Assembly: GCF_048403405.1 (NCBI RefSeq)
Contig: NZ_CP183129.1
Length of the DNA stretch: 64,000 nt
Strand: one strand, 5' to 3'
Source: Escherichia coli
Lineage (GTDB): Bacteria; Pseudomonadota; Gammaproteobacteria; Enterobacterales; Enterobacteriaceae
In this document: piece after piece, positions 43,485 through 59,042 of the stretch
How positions within the stretch are numbered: the stretch's first letter is position 1
Layout: each line of letters starts with the position of its first letter
The notes under the pieces: generated by a model
What the model was told of the DNA's origin: nothing
Seen by the model: only the letters and a program-made list of their open reading frames with translations
The model's database searches: none
Position numbers and translations under genes: made by a program

Positions 43485-44384
43485 ATGTCGCGAAAAGATG
43501 GGGTGTTGGCGCTACTGGTAGTGGTCGTATGGGGGCTAAATTTTGTGGTCATCAAAGTGGGGCTTCATAACATGCCACCGCTGATGTTGGCCGGTTTGCG
43601 CTTTATGCTGGTTGCTTTTCCGGCTATCTTTTTTGTCGCACGACCGAAAGTACCACTGAATTTGCTGCTGGGGTATGGATTAACCATCAGTTTTGCGCAG
43701 TTTGCTTTTCTTTTTTGTGCCATTAACTTCGGTATGCCTGCTGGACTGGCTTCGCTGGTGTTACAGGCACAGGCGTTTTTTACTATCGTGCTTGGCGCGT
43801 TTACTTTCGGTGAGCGACTGCATGGCAAACAATTGGCGGGGATCGCCTTAGCGATTTTTGGCGTACTGGTGTTAATCGAAGATAGTCTGAACGGTCAGCA
43901 TGTGGCGATGCTCGGCTTTATGTTGACCCTGGCGGCAGCATTTAGTTGGGCGTGTGGCAACATCTTCAATAAAAAGATCATGTCGCACTCAACGCGTCCG
44001 GCGGTGATGTCGCTGGTAATCTGGAGCGCTTTAATCCCAATCATTCCCTTCTTTGTTGCCTCGCTGATTCTCGATGGTTCCGCAACCATGATTCACAGTC
44101 TGGTTACTATCGATATGACCACCATCTTGTCTCTGATGTATCTGGCGTTTGTGGCGACAATTGTTGGTTATGGGATCTGGGGGACGTTACTGGGACGCTA
44201 TGAAACCTGGCGGGTTGCACCGTTATCGTTACTGGTGCCCGTAGTAGGACTGGCAAGTGCGGCACTATTGTTGGATGAACGCTTAACGGGTCTACAATTT
44301 TTCGGGGCGGTGCTCATTATGACCGGGCTGTATATCAATGTATTTGGCTTGCGGTGGCGTAAAGCGGTAAAGGTTAGAGGCTAA
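43485..44384 (+). CDS. eamA: cysteine/O-acetylserine exporter (DMT family)
   Basis: 299 aa from MSRKDGVLALLVVVVWGLNFVVIK. Confidence 0.85.
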   Translation: MSRKDGVLALLVVVVWGLNFVVIKVGLHNMPPLMLAGLRFMLVAFPAIFFVARPKVPLNLLLGYGLTISFAQFAFLFCAINFGMPAGLASLVLQAQAFFTIVLGAFTFGERLHGKQLAGIALAIFGVLVLIEDSLNGQHVAMLGFMLTLAAAFSWACGNIFNKKIMSHSTRPAVMSLVIWSALIPIIPFFVASLILDGSATMIHSLVTIDMTTILSLMYLAFVATIVGYGIWGTLLGRYETWRVAPLSLLVPVVGLASAALLLDERLTGLQFFGAVLIMTGLYINVFGLRWRKAVKVRG

Positions 44385-44428
44385 ACCATACGCACAGAAT
44401 GTGATGTCAGCACTCTGTGCGTCTGCTT

Positions 44429-45127
44429 TTATCGCGGGAAAAAGTACTTTACCTGGAACTCGAAAATATTGCTGTAAAGTAACGAATAATCCAGCGGAAT
44501 AGAGTTACTGTCCACAGCCTGGGTCTGAATTTTAAGTATGGGATCCCGTGGGCTGATCCGTAAAATACTGGCGATTTCTGGGGTAGGAAAAGTAGGGGAG
44601 AAAGTTTCAAAGGTGCCAATGATTTTGATCCCGCATTCGTTCTCAATATACGAAAATTTGGATTTTTGCATATGTGCTACGGTTAAATCAGGAAAACGTG
44701 CCACTGACATCCACGTTTCTTCTAATTGTGCTGCATTATCCTCAATGAATCGCAGTCTCTTTATGTAATAAACCTGCTCACCAGTCACTAAATTCAGCTC
44801 AGTCGCAATAGGGGGAGAAGCATCCTGCACTTCAAATTTCATAATCTGACTTCCTGCCTCCTTGCCGCTTTTATGCGCAATTTCACTGAAGCTGTTCATG
44901 TGATCAATGTGTGCAACAAAATTCTTTTTTTGAATATATGTTCCTGAACCATGCTTTCTATGAATAATTCCTTCGCCTTCCAGCAAGGATAATGCCTTAC
45001 GCAGGGTATTACGCGAAACATTATAACGAACAGCGAGTTCAGCTTCTGACGGCAACAAATCACCAACATGCCATGAATAGCCATTGATCTCGGATTTAAG
45101 TAAGCGGGCAATCTTTTGAAAAATCAC
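44429..45127 (-). CDS. GntR/HutC-family transcriptional regulator of the adjacent PTS operon
   Basis: 232 aa; N-terminal helix-turn-helix (ELAVRYNVSRNTLRKAL); UTRA-like C-terminus; divergent from the PTS genes. Confidence 0.75.
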   Translation of the reverse strand: MIFQKIARLLKSEINGYSWHVGDLLPSEAELAVRYNVSRNTLRKALSLLEGEGIIHRKHGSGTYIQKKNFVAHIDHMNSFSEIAHKSGKEAGSQIMKFEVQDASPPIATELNLVTGEQVYYIKRLRFIEDNAAQLEETWMSVARFPDLTVAHMQKSKFSYIENECGIKIIGTFETFSPTFPTPEIASILRISPRDPILKIQTQAVDSNSIPLDYSLLYSNIFEFQVKYFFPR

Positions 45128-45325
45128 TTTTGCACCTTTTAAGAGCCATTGAAAACAAGGAGTTGAGTCCTGATTGGTTTATCGTATGGTCGAGTCGTTT
45201 AATTATCACCCTGATGTTGAACAACTTTAGTGCTGTATTACTGTGATCAATGTACCAGGACGTATAGCTACTGCGGGATATGATATTTACACAATGTAAT
45301 CTGTTATATACCAGTAAGGAAAAAT

Positions 45326-45637
45326 ATGAAAAAGATATTGTTAGTTTGCGCTGCGGGCATGTCAACCAGTATGCTGGTTAAACGTATGATTGATCATGCT
45401 AACGCTATTTCACTTGAAGTTAATATTTCCGCATTGGCGATTGCAGAGGCTAAAGGGAAAATTAAAAATAACGAAGTTGACGTTGTTTTACTTGGCCCGC
45501 AAGTTCGCTTTCAGAAACCAGAGATTGAAGCTGTTGCACAGGGGAAAATGCCTGTAGCTGTTATCGAGATGAAAGACTATGGCACCATGAACGGACAGGC
45601 AGTTCTTGAATTTGCGATGAAACTACTGCAAGAGTAA
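45326..45637 (+). CDS. PTS lactose/cellobiose-family EIIB
   Basis: 103 aa; phospho-Cys motif LLVCAAGMSTS. Confidence 0.8.
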   Translation: MKKILLVCAAGMSTSMLVKRMIDHANAISLEVNISALAIAEAKGKIKNNEVDVVLLGPQVRFQKPEIEAVAQGKMPVAVIEMKDYGTMNGQAVLEFAMKLLQE

Positions 45638-45750
45638 GAATCTAATATTATTAAACTATTACCTGAACTAACTTTTCACACATCATAAAATGGATATGGC
45701 ATACATGCTTTATTGGGATGTATAAATATCCAGAACAACAGGTATAAAAA

Positions 45751-47073
45751 ATGGGATTAATGACCTCATTCGAACGTGGAATTGAACGTTTTCTTGTTCC
45801 AGTTGCTATCAAGTTAAACTCACAAAAACATGTTGCAGCGGTGAGAGATGGATTCGTTTTTACGTTTCCAATTATCATGGCAAGCTCATTAATTATATTA
45901 ATTAACTTTGCCATATTATCGCCCGACGGCTTTATTGCCGGGCTGCTGCATCTGAACCGCGTTTTCCCCAACCTTGAAAAAGCACAAGCTATTTTTACTC
46001 CGGTAATGAATGGCTCTGTAAATATCATGTCAATTATGATTGCTTTCCTGGTCGCCAGAAATATGGCGATTAGCTATGAGCAAGATGATCTTTTATGCGG
46101 ATTAACGGCAATAGGAGCATTTTTTATTGTTTATACGCCATATCAGATGATAGATGGGCAAGCATTCCTGACGACCAAATATCTCGGCGCACAGGGGTTG
46201 TTTGTTGCTGTTATCGTTGCATTAATCACCAGTGAAATATTTTGTCGCTTAGCTCGAAACCCAAAAATCACCATAACGATGCCGGCAGCTGTACCTCCTG
46301 CGGTATCGCGTTCATTTAAAGTTTTATTGCCAATATTTTTTGTCATGGTGTTCTTTTCCGCACTTAATTATTGCCTGACACTGATATCCCCGGCAGGATT
46401 AAACGATCTCATTTACACATTAATCCAGACGCCGCTCAAACACATGGGAACGAATATCTTTGCGGTAATTATCCTGGGGGCTGTGGGTAATTTCCTGTGG
46501 GTGCTGGGGATCCACGGACCTAATACCACCTCGGCAATTCGAGAAACTGTTTTTTCTGAGGCTAATCTGGAGAATCTCTCCTGGGCCGCTCAACACGGCA
46601 CTACCTGGGGCGCGCCATATCCGATTACCTGGACTTCTATTAATGATGCATTCGCCAACTGCGGCGGTTCAGGTATGACGTTGGGGTTATTGTTGGCTAT
46701 TTTTATCGCGTCTAAGCGTGCGGAATACCGTGATCTGGCAAAAATGTCGTTTATCCCCGGTATTTTCAATATCAATGAACCGATAATGTTCGGCCTTCCT
46801 ATTGTACTTAACCCCATCATGATGGTGCCGTTTATTCTGGTTCCCATTGTTAACTGTGCCATTGGTTACTTCTTTGTTTCGATGGAAATTATTCCACCGG
46901 TTGCTTATGCCGTGCCCTGGACTACGCCCGGACCTTTAATTGCTTTCCTCGGAACCGGGGGAAACTGGTTGGCGTTACTGGTGGGTTTTTTATGTTTAGG
47001 TGTGGCGACAATGATCTATTTACCTTTTGTTATTGCCGCCAACAAGGTCAATAACATGACAACTAACGGATAA
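45751..47073 (+). CDS. PTS lactose/cellobiose-family EIIC permease
   Basis: 440 aa polytopic membrane protein between EIIB and EIIA. Confidence 0.8.
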   Translation: MGLMTSFERGIERFLVPVAIKLNSQKHVAAVRDGFVFTFPIIMASSLIILINFAILSPDGFIAGLLHLNRVFPNLEKAQAIFTPVMNGSVNIMSIMIAFLVARNMAISYEQDDLLCGLTAIGAFFIVYTPYQMIDGQAFLTTKYLGAQGLFVAVIVALITSEIFCRLARNPKITITMPAAVPPAVSRSFKVLLPIFFVMVFFSALNYCLTLISPAGLNDLIYTLIQTPLKHMGTNIFAVIILGAVGNFLWVLGIHGPNTTSAIRETVFSEANLENLSWAAQHGTTWGAPYPITWTSINDAFANCGGSGMTLGLLLAIFIASKRAEYRDLAKMSFIPGIFNINEPIMFGLPIVLNPIMMVPFILVPIVNCAIGYFFVSMEIIPPVAYAVPWTTPGPLIAFLGTGGNWLALLVGFLCLGVATMIYLPFVIAANKVNNMTTNG

Positions 47074-47094
47074 TCCCATTTACACAGGAAGGAG

Positions 47095-47412
47095 ATGTTG
47101 ATGTTTGCAGATGAAGAACTTGTTATGGAGTTACTGATCAACGCGGGACAGGCACGTTCTGATGCGATGGAAGCCATACGTTGTGCCGGGCAAAAAGACT
47201 GGCAGGGCGCAACTCAGCTAATGGCCAGTTCGGAATTAGCCTGTCTTCAGGCACATAAGATTCAGACCGCGTTAATTAGTCAGGATGAAGGTTGTGGCAA
47301 AATAGAAGTTAATTTAATTCTGGTTCATGCACAGGATCATTTGATGAATGCAATATTATGCCAGGATTTAGCCAGGGAAATTATTTCATTAAGAAAAGAG
47401 CTCCATGCCTGA
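47095..47412 (+). CDS. PTS lactose/cellobiose-family EIIA
   Basis: 105 aa helical protein in the operon; conserved His in HAQDHLM. Confidence 0.75.
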   Translation: MLMFADEELVMELLINAGQARSDAMEAIRCAGQKDWQGATQLMASSELACLQAHKIQTALISQDEGCGKIEVNLILVHAQDHLMNAILCQDLAREIISLRKELHA

Positions 47413-47464
47413 TTTTTTCCTCCAGTGCGATAGCTGGAGGAAATTATTACACTCTTAAGGATAA

Positions 47465-50605
<3,141 letters not shown>

Positions 50606-50661
50606 GACTTCAGGAAGATATTACGGAGATATCAGGCTCTGTGATCAGAGCCTGACAATAA

Positions 50662-50880
50662 CTACATAGCGTGTTGATTATAATAGGGCACGCCGAGCGC
50701 ATCCGACTTATCACTGCCAGTACCCATGTGATTTAAATCAAACGGTGGTTGTTCCTGCGATGGGGGAACAACCACGACATTGGCACAGGAAGTAACAACC
50801 GGCTGCGTGGTTTGTTCCGCAATGCCCTGCGTGGAAAAGAGAATAAACGCAGCTGCTATTGCGGATAAAAGTGGTTTCAT
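50662..50880 (-). CDS. marB: periplasmic protein MarB
   Basis: 72 aa, MKPLLSAIAAAFILFSTQGIAEQTTQPVVTSCANVVVVPPSQE... Confidence 0.85.
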   Translation of the reverse strand: MKPLLSAIAAAFILFSTQGIAEQTTQPVVTSCANVVVVPPSQEQPPFDLNHMGTGSDKSDALGVPYYNQHAM

Positions 50881-50911
50881 GATTGCCTCAGTGACGTTGT
50901 CACGTTATCAA

Positions 50912-51295
50912 CTAGCTGTTGTAATGATTTAATGGATGTAAAAAGCGCGATTCGCCCTGCATATTGGTCATCCGGTATTTATGTGGCGGAACATCAAAGT
51001 AATTTTTGAAGGTTCGGGTCAGAGTTTGTTGCGACTCGAAGCCATATCGTTCTGCCAGATAGAGTATCGGCTCGTTACTTTCCTTCAGCTTTTGCGCGAT
51101 TTCCGTCATCTTACGGCTGCGGATGTATTGGCCTAATGAATGACCGGTTTCTTTTTTAAACATCCGTTGCAGGTGCCATTTAGAGTAACCCGAACGCTCT
51201 GACACTTTCTCCAGTGACAGTGGCGATTCCAGGTTGTCCTCGATCCAGTCCAAAATGCTATGAATGGTAATAGCGTCAGTATTGCGTCTGGACAT
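50912..51295 (-). CDS. marA: AraC-family multiple-antibiotic-resistance activator MarA
   Basis: 127 aa from [48 protein letters not shown]. Confidence 0.9.
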
Positions 51296-51315
51296 CGTCA
51301 TACCTCTTTTTTTGT

Positions 51316-51750
51316 TTACGGCAGGACTTTCTTAAGCAAATGCTCAAGTGTTGCCACTTCGTCCGCCGTCAGGTTTTTTGTTAATTCTTGATGCAGGTCC
51401 TGGCCAACTAATTGATGGCATTGTTCACATATTGCCGCGCCGCTGGTGGTAAGTTTTACCAGTACGCCGCGCTTGTCATTCGGGTTCGGCAACCTTTCCA
51501 CCCAGCCTTTACAGACCAGGCGATCCAGCATACGGGTCAGCGCCCCCAGGTCGACCGATAACACTCTTTTCAGTTCAACCGGAGTAATACACGCCGCGCA
51601 GCGGATAGAGCAGAGCACCTTAAACTGTGCCGCGGTAATATCCAGCGGAGACAGATACTCGTTAAGCAGGCGATCTTTCTTCTGATTAACCATATGGATT
51701 AAGCGACCCAATGGAATAATTTCATTGAACAGATCGCTGGTACTTTTCAC
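51316..51750 (-). CDS. marR: repressor MarR
   Basis: 144 aa, [46 protein letters not shown]... Confidence 0.9.
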
Positions 51751-51961
51751 ATTAGTTGCCCTGGCAAGTAATTAGTTGCAGGGGATAATATTGCCCAGGC
51801 AAGTATAAGTCAAATGAATGAATTGACCGATGCCACGTTTTGCTAAATCGGTTCAAGTTTTGGTCAGTGCGATGCAAGGCTAGCTAAAGAGTGACACTTT
51901 ATCGTTGTTTACCCCTTATACTTTTCGCTGATAACCCAGATACACAGGATAACAACCACCA
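51751..51961. promoter_or_regulatory. marO operator/promoter region between divergent marRAB and marC
   Basis: Intergenic position between the divergent operons; individual MarR sites and marbox not mapped here. Confidence 0.6.
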
Positions 51962-52627
51962 ATGTTAGATTTATTTAAAGCAATTGGCCTGGGGCTGGTG
52001 GTGTTACTACCGTTAGCTAACCCATTAACAACTGTCGCGTTATTTCTTGGCCTGGCAGGCAACATGAACAGTGCCGAACGTAATCGTCAGTCGTTGATGG
52101 CCTCGGTGTACGTCTTTGCCATCATGATGGTGGCGTATTACGCCGGGCAACTGGTGATGGATACATTTGGCATTTCGATTCCCGGTCTGCGAATTGCAGG
52201 CGGCTTAATCGTCGCGTTTATCGGTTTTCGGATGCTCTTTCCGCAACAGAAAGCAATTGATTCACCGGAAGCGAAAAGCAAGTCGGAAGAGCTGGAAGAT
52301 GAACCCAGCGCCAATATTGCTTTTGTACCACTGGCAATGCCAAGTACCGCCGGTCCGGGAACCATAGCGATGATTATTAGCTCGGCGTCCACAGTGCGTC
52401 AGAGTTCAACCTTTGCTGATTGGGTACTGATGGTTGCGCCGCCGCTGATCTTTTTCCTGGTGGCGGTTATTTTGTGGGGAAGTCTACGCAGCTCTGGCGC
52501 AATTATGCGGCTGGTGGGTAAGGGGGGCATTGAAGCGATCTCCCGTCTGATGGGATTCCTGCTGGTATGTATGGGGGTGCAGTTTATTATTAACGGCATC
52601 CTGGAAATCATTAAAACGTACCACTAA
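51962..52627 (+). CDS. marC: inner membrane protein MarC
   Basis: 221 aa polytopic membrane protein; K-12 order. Confidence 0.9.
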   Translation: MLDLFKAIGLGLVVLLPLANPLTTVALFLGLAGNMNSAERNRQSLMASVYVFAIMMVAYYAGQLVMDTFGISIPGLRIAGGLIVAFIGFRMLFPQQKAIDSPEAKSKSEELEDEPSANIAFVPLAMPSTAGPGTIAMIISSASTVRQSSTFADWVLMVAPPLIFFLVAVILWGSLRSSGAIMRLVGKGGIEAISRLMGFLLVCMGVQFIINGILEIIKTYH

Positions 52628-52650
52628 AAAAGGCCCGAATGGGCCTTTCA
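52626..52650. terminator. bidirectional hairpin between marC and sotB
   Basis: aaaaaaggcccgaatgggccttt. Confidence 0.55.
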
Positions 52651-52651
52651 A

Positions 52652-53842
52652 CTATTGCGTCTGTTCTTCGAGTGTCACTGGCCAGCGGCGGAAAATGATG
52701 ATTGACCATATTAACGCGGCAAAAGCAGGCACCGCGCCCACATAACCAATCATCGACATTGACCAGTGCAGACTGACCTGATTACCTACCAACGCACCCG
52801 CGCCGATTCCAATATTAAATATCCCGGAGAATAGCGCCATCGCGACGTCGGTAGCATCTGGTGCCAGCGCCAGCACTTTAACCTGCATACCAAGCCCGAT
52901 GATCATCATCGCTATCCCCCAGAAAATACTCAGCACCCCGAGGTGTATTTCACTGTTCGCCGCAGGTAGCAGCAGTGCCAGGCACACCAGCAACAGCGCA
53001 ATCGCCGTACTTACCAACGCAGACGCATACTGATTACCCAGTTTACCGAAAATCACGCTGCCAATAATGCCCGCACCACCGAGTAATAACAGTAATGCCG
53101 TGGCAAAGTTGGCGCTGAATCCCGCAATGTTTTGCACAAAAGGCTCGATATAGCTGTATGCCGTGTAATGGGCGGTGACAACCACCACAGTTAACAAATA
53201 AATGCTCATCAATGCCGGGCGGCGGAATAATAGCGGGAGGCTTTTCAGCGAACCGGAATGCTCACTGGGCAGTAAGGGAAGTAACTTAATCAGGCACAAA
53301 AGGGTGATAAGCGCCCCGATACCAATCGCGAAGAAGGTCATTCGCCAACCGAAATACTGCCCCACAATGCGCCCGAGAGGTAAACCTAAGACCATCGCCA
53401 GTGCAGTACCGGTGGCAATTAAACTCAATGCCTGTGCTCGCTTCCCGGCCGGAGCCATACGGATCGCCAAAGACGCCGTAATCGACCAGAAAATCGCATG
53501 TGCAAAAGCCACACCAATGCGACTGATCACCAGAACGGTAAAACTCCACGATAAAAACGACAGTACGTGGCTGGCAATAAACACCACAAACAGGCAGATC
53601 AGTAATTTGCGCCGTTCAACCTGGCTGGTCATTAACATAAAAGGCAATGACATTAGCGCTACTACCCATGCGTAAATGGTCAACATAATGCCGACCTGAG
53701 CGGTTTGCATGTGAAAACTTTGCGCAATGTCAGAGAGCAGGCCAACTGGGACAAATTCGGTGGTGTTGAAGATGAAGGCGGCGACTGCCAGCGTAACGAC
53801 CCGTAGCCACGCCACTTTGCGGGAAACAGTGTTTGTTGTCAT
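52652..53842 (-). CDS. sotB: MFS sugar efflux transporter SotB (YdeA)
   Basis: 396 aa, 12 predicted transmembrane segments. Confidence 0.85.
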
Positions 53843-53991
53843 AACAGATTATCGGGTGAGTTGCGAAAAAGTGATGAAATGATCTTAAAACGGTTAATGA
53901 TGTGAATACAATGCATTTGTGATCTGGATCGCGTTTTCCGTTTCTCTGACGCTGATTCTTTCACGCGTCAGAGAGTCGGTCACATCACGGT

Positions 53992-55107
53992 TTAATAACG
54001 TTCAGGGAGGTCTGGCGTTTTGGAGGTTGCGGGTATAGGTGGTCTGACAGGGGAGCGAGGCCTGTTTTTCACCAGGTCTTCATGAGTAACTTTTGGCGGC
54101 GTTTCATTTTTTACAAAAAGTTTGAGGGTCTTGCACGCCATATGTTTGATAATTTTATCATCACTTAATGATGCTGGCATCAACACGTCAATCAAATCAC
54201 TTTCATTGGGATTCATAAATTGGTGATAGTGCAATAACATATTGGCGAAAAATAAAAATAAGTCCTGAAAATGTGGAAAATCTTGTTCTGCTAAAATGGA
54301 TAAAAAGCAGATGCAGACTTCGGGTAGTACATGTTTGTTAGAACCTAGTGAATCCATCAGGCTTTGCAATAAATCCTCTTTTAATTCGCTGTCCGTTATG
54401 TCGAGAATAGCGGTGAGCAAGTTAGGTTCTTTATTCCCGAACCATCTGTGAACCTCAGAGTTATTCCATAATCGGGGGAGTATGACAAAATTACCGCGAG
54501 AGATAAAATTCAGGACAAGCAAATCAAACTGGCGTAAGTAATCTGCAGCGGTATGGTGATCCGGATGCAGGGGTTCAATATGTGGCGTATGCGCTCTTTT
54601 GATAGGAACGCCAGGGTTGATCATTGGAAATTGTTCAATAAAATCATTCAGAAACAGAAAGAGTACACGCTCGACGCCGGTCTGAAATACGCGCCCCATA
54701 GTGACAGGCTTTGGGTTGGGAGCGCAAAAAATATTAATTTCCCCATCATGGCGGAAATTATCTAAATAAATAGGGCTTAAATTTATTACTACCTGAAATT
54801 CAATATTTTCTTTGTGTCTTCCATTCCTGGCAGGATAAGTGAGTTTAAATTGAACTTTTTCATTGTATAGCGTGTCGTTACCCCGGAAAGAGGTTCTCTG
54901 AATATATGATAAGTTATCAAGGTTATTAAATATCTTTTTTGTGGCTGAGCTGATGTTTAAAGACGTACGCCACTCTTCATCACATATTATTGTACTTAGC
55001 GCATCAATAAAATCCTTTAAAACTTCTTTTACCTGAGGTGCAATATTACGAACGGGAAAATCATCAGGAAGAGATATGTAATTGCTGATGCTTACTGGCG
55101 TAACCAT
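53992..55107 (-). CDS. yneK: uncharacterised protein YneK
   Basis: 371 aa; position between sotB and yneJ. Confidence 0.75.
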   Translation of the reverse strand: MVTPVSISNYISLPDDFPVRNIAPQVKEVLKDFIDALSTIICDEEWRTSLNISSATKKIFNNLDNLSYIQRTSFRGNDTLYNEKVQFKLTYPARNGRHKENIEFQVVINLSPIYLDNFRHDGEINIFCAPNPKPVTMGRVFQTGVERVLFLFLNDFIEQFPMINPGVPIKRAHTPHIEPLHPDHHTAADYLRQFDLLVLNFISRGNFVILPRLWNNSEVHRWFGNKEPNLLTAILDITDSELKEDLLQSLMDSLGSNKHVLPEVCICFLSILAEQDFPHFQDLFLFFANMLLHYHQFMNPNESDLIDVLMPASLSDDKIIKHMACKTLKLFVKNETPPKVTHEDLVKNRPRSPVRPPIPATSKTPDLPERY

Positions 55108-55190
55108 ATTTGCCCCATATAGTCATAAGTCATCGGAGCATCACTATATAGAGCATATTAGCCGCAAGAACTATCAAAAATAGCTCATTG

Positions 55191-56066
55191 CTAACTCTGT
55201 TTTGCCGAGTCAGACACATCCAGTAGTTGAATAAATGCCTCAAGCGGACGCGTTTTTGCACCGCGACGCCAGACCAGCCATGTTGTTAACCAACGCCATT
55301 GCTCAGCTAACGGCCACGCCTCAACCTGGTGATGCCCCGGCATACTTTCCAGCATAGAGCGCGGAATAAGCGCAATACCTGCTCCTGCGACCACACAGGC
55401 CAACATTCCGTGATAAGACTCCATCTCATGGATAGTTCCCGGAGCGGCACCGTCAGCATGAAACCAGCTCTCGAAGTGGCGACGATACGAACAATTGGCG
55501 CGGAAGGCATAAATGTTACTGCCATTAACCTGACTGGCGCGGGTTACTGGCGCATGTCCTTGTGGCGTGACGATCATCAGCTCCTCGCGGTACACCGGTA
55601 TCCCGTCAATGGCAGTATGGTTAATGGGCCCATCAATAAACGCTGCATTCAGTTTTCCCTCCAGCACACCTTCCAGCATAGTGCCGGAAGGGCCGGTGGA
55701 AAGTGAAAACTGAATTTTGGGATAACGACGGTTAAATTCCGCCAGCGTGGCCGGAATGCGCACTGCAGCGGTGCTTTCCAGCGAACCAAGAGAAAATAAA
55801 CCTTGCGGCTCATCGCCAGCGACAACGCTCCGCGCTTCATCCACTAACGCGAGAATTTGTTGGCTATAGCGTAAAAAGTTATGCCCGGCAGGCGAGAGAC
55901 GTAAACGCTGATTCTCGCGAATAAACAGATCAACCCCCAGTTCTGTTTCCAGCTGGCGTAGACGGGTAGTGAGATTCGACGGCACGCGATGCACTTTTGC
56001 TGCAGCCTGGGTAATGCTGCCAGCTTCGGCAACCGCGTTGAACATCTCCAGTTGGGTCAGATCCAT
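55191..56066 (-). CDS. yneJ: LysR-family transcriptional regulator YneJ
   Basis: N-terminal helix-turn-helix ([32 protein letters not shown]); divergent from sad. Confidence 0.8.
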   Translation of the reverse strand: MDLTQLEMFNAVAEAGSITQAAAKVHRVPSNLTTRLRQLETELGVDLFIRENQRLRLSPAGHNFLRYSQQILALVDEARSVVAGDEPQGLFSLGSLESTAAVRIPATLAEFNRRYPKIQFSLSTGPSGTMLEGVLEGKLNAAFIDGPINHTAIDGIPVYREELMIVTPQGHAPVTRASQVNGSNIYAFRANCSYRRHFESWFHADGAAPGTIHEMESYHGMLACVVAGAGIALIPRSMLESMPGHHQVEAWPLAEQWRWLTTWLVWRRGAKTRPLEAFIQLLDVSDSAKQS

Positions 56067-56166
56067 GGCATTCTCAATTCGTGAATAAGTGGCTTAATAT
56101 TATTCATTTTCAAGCAAGAGTAAATCTGCGTATCTTTTTACCATAACCCATAAAGGAGATACCCCG

Positions 56167-57555
56167 ATGACCATTACTCCGGCAACCCATGCAATTTCGA
56201 TAAATCCTGCCACTGGTGAACAACTTTCTGTGCTGCCGTGGGCTGGCGCTGACGATATAGAAAACGCACTTCAACTGGCGGCAGCAGGCTTTCGCGACTG
56301 GCGCGAGACAAATATAGATTATCGTGCTGAAAAACTGCGTGATATCGGTAAGGCTCTGCGTGTCCGTAGCGAAGAAATGGCGCAAATGATCACCCGTGAA
56401 ATGGGCAAACCAATCAACCAGGCGCGCGCTGAAGTGGCGAAATCGGCGAATTTGTGTGACTGGTATGCAGAACATGGTCCGGCAATGCTGAAGGCGGAAC
56501 CTACGCTGGTGGAAAATCAGCAGGCAGTTATTGAGTATCGACCGTTGGGGACAATTCTGGCGATTATGCCGTGGAATTTTCCGTTATGGCAGGTGATGCG
56601 TGGCGCGGTTCCCATCATTCTTGCAGGTAACGGCTACTTACTTAAACATGCGCCGAATGTGATGGGCTGTGCACAGCTCATTGCCCAGGTGTTTAAAGAT
56701 GCGGGTATCCCACAAGGCGTATATGGCTGGCTGAATGCCGACAACGACGGCGTCAGTCAGATGATTAAAGACTCGCGCATTGCTGCTGTCACGGTGACCG
56801 GAAGTGTTCGTGCGGGAGCGGCTATTGGCGCACAGGCTGGAGCGGCACTGAAAAAATGCGTACTGGAACTGGGCGGTTCGGATCCATTTATTGTGCTTAA
56901 CGATGCCGATCTGGAACTGGCGGTTAAAGCGGCGGTAGCCGGACGTTATCAGAATACCGGACAGGTTTGTGCAGCGGCAAAACGCTTTATCATCGAAGAG
57001 GGAATTGCTTCGGCATTTACCGAACGTTTTGTGGCAGCTGCGGCAGCCTTGAAAATGGGCGATCCCCGTGACGAAGAGAACACTCTCGGACCAATGGCTC
57101 GTTTTGATTTACGTGATGAGCTGCATCATCAGGTGGAGAAAACCCTGGCGCAGGGTGCGCGTTTGTTACTGGGCGGGGAAAAGATGGCTGGGGCAGGTAA
57201 CTACTATCCGCCAACGGTTCTGGCGAATGTTACCCCAGAAATGACCGCGTTTCGGGAAGAAATGTTTGGCCCCGTTGCGGCAATCACCATTGCGAAAGAT
57301 CCAGAACATGCACTGGAACTGGCTAATGATAGCGAGTTCGGCCTTTCAGCGACCATTTTTACCACTGACGAAACACAGGCCGGACAGATGGCGGCACGTC
57401 TGGAATGCGGTGGGGTGTTTATCAATGGTTATTGTGCCAGCGACGCGCGAGTGGCCTTTGGTGGCGTGAAAAAGAGTGGCTTTGGTCGTGAGCTTTCCCA
57501 TTTCGGCTTACACGAATTCTGTAATATCCAGACGGTGTGGAAAGACCGGATCTGA
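56167..57555 (+). CDS. sad: NAD(P)-dependent succinate-semialdehyde dehydrogenase
   Basis: 462 aa aldehyde dehydrogenase; motifs VLELGGSDP and catalytic Cys (QVCAAAKRF). Confidence 0.9.
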   Translation: MTITPATHAISINPATGEQLSVLPWAGADDIENALQLAAAGFRDWRETNIDYRAEKLRDIGKALRVRSEEMAQMITREMGKPINQARAEVAKSANLCDWYAEHGPAMLKAEPTLVENQQAVIEYRPLGTILAIMPWNFPLWQVMRGAVPIILAGNGYLLKHAPNVMGCAQLIAQVFKDAGIPQGVYGWLNADNDGVSQMIKDSRIAAVTVTGSVRAGAAIGAQAGAALKKCVLELGGSDPFIVLNDADLELAVKAAVAGRYQNTGQVCAAAKRFIIEEGIASAFTERFVAAAAALKMGDPRDEENTLGPMARFDLRDELHHQVEKTLAQGARLLLGGEKMAGAGNYYPPTVLANVTPEMTAFREEMFGPVAAITIAKDPEHALELANDSEFGLSATIFTTDETQAGQMAARLECGGVFINGYCASDARVAFGGVKKSGFGRELSHFGLHEFCNIQTVWKDRI

Positions 57556-57618
57556 CGCTACATATTCAGCTCTGATATACTCGCAGGTCTTTTCAGACCT
57601 GCGGTCCAGGAGTAGAAA

Positions 57619-58545
57619 GTGGCAGTCGCCATGGATAATGCAATTTTAGAAAACATCTTGCGGCAAGTGCGGCCGCTCATTGGTCAGGGTAAAGTCGCGG
57701 ATTATATTCCGGCGCTGGCTACGGTAGACGGTTCCCGATTGGGCATTGCTATCTGTACCGTTGACGGACAGCTTTTTCAGGCCGGAGACGCGCAAGAACG
57801 TTTTTCCATTCAGTCTATTTCCAAAGTGCTGAGTCTCGTTGTCGCCATGCGTCATTACTCCGAAGAGGAAATCTGGCAACGCGTCGGCAAAGATCCGTCT
57901 GGATCACCGTTCAATTCTTTAGTGCAACTGGAAATGGAGCAGGGTATTCCGCGTAATCCGTTTATTAATGCCGGTGCGCTGGTGGTCTGCGATATGTTGC
58001 AAGGGCGATTAAGCGCTCCTCGGCAACGTATGCTGGAAGTCGTGCGCGGCTTAAGCGGTGTGTCTGATATTTCCTACGATACAGTGGTAGCGCGTTCCGA
58101 ATTTGAACACTCCGCGCGAAATGCGGCTATCGCCTGGCTGATGAAGTCGTTTGGCAATTTCCATCATGACGTGACAACCGTTCTGCAAAACTACTTTCAT
58201 TACTGCGCTCTGAAAATGAGCTGTGTAGAGCTGGCCCGGACGTTTGTCTTTCTGGCTAATCAGGGGAAAGCTATTCATATTGATGAACCTGTGGTGACGC
58301 CAATGCAGGCGCGGCAAATTAACGCACTGATGGCGACCAGTGGTATGTACCAGAACGCGGGGGAGTTTGCCTGGCGGGTGGGACTACCGGCGAAATCTGG
58401 CGTTGGTGGCGGTATTGTGGCGATTGTTCCGCATGAAATGGCCATCGCAGTCTGGAGCCCGGAACTGGATGATGCCGGTAACTCGCTTGCGGGCATTGCT
58501 GTCCTTGAACAATTGACGAAACAATTAGGGCGTTCGGTTTATTAA
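57619..58545 (+). CDS. glsB: glutaminase 2
   Basis: 308 aa serine-dependent glutaminase; catalytic SxxK (SISKVLS). Confidence 0.9.
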   Translation: MAVAMDNAILENILRQVRPLIGQGKVADYIPALATVDGSRLGIAICTVDGQLFQAGDAQERFSIQSISKVLSLVVAMRHYSEEEIWQRVGKDPSGSPFNSLVQLEMEQGIPRNPFINAGALVVCDMLQGRLSAPRQRMLEVVRGLSGVSDISYDTVVARSEFEHSARNAAIAWLMKSFGNFHHDVTTVLQNYFHYCALKMSCVELARTFVFLANQGKAIHIDEPVVTPMQARQINALMATSGMYQNAGEFAWRVGLPAKSGVGGGIVAIVPHEMAIAVWSPELDDAGNSLAGIAVLEQLTKQLGRSVY

Positions 58546-58904
58546 TGCAGTCTCTCGATCCACTCTTCGCGCGTTTATCCCGTTCAAAATTTCGCTCTCG
58601 CTTTCGTTTGGGGGTGAAAGAGCGTCAGTATTGTCTGGAGAAAGGCGCGCCAGTCATCGAACAACATGCGGCGGATTTTGTCGCTAAACGTCTTGCTCCG
58701 GCATTACCGGCTAACGACGGTAAGCAAACCCCCATGCGCGGGCATCCGGTGTTTATCGCTCAGCACGCCACTGCAACCTGTTGTCGCGGTTGTCTGGCTA
58801 AGTGGCATAACATTCCGCAGGGTGTTTCGTTAAGCGAGGAACAACAACGTTATATCGTGGCGGTAATCTATCACTGGTTGGTTATACAGATGAATCAGCC
58901 ATGA
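58545..58904 (+). CDS. yneG: uncharacterised protein YneG
   Basis: 119 aa; start overlaps glsB stop; four Cys (CCRGC). Confidence 0.75.
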   Translation: MQSLDPLFARLSRSKFRSRFRLGVKERQYCLEKGAPVIEQHAADFVAKRLAPALPANDGKQTPMRGHPVFIAQHATATCCRGCLAKWHNIPQGVSLSEEQQRYIVAVIYHWLVIQMNQP

Positions 58905-59042
58905 TAATCGCGGAAAACGATAAAATAGCATTCCCAGGATATCTTTATTTGCCGCCGCTGTCAGCGAACATGCTATCCTTTATAAGAATTTACTTATTAC
59001 GTTGAGATAATTGCCACCCGCAATTGTATGGACAGATAATTA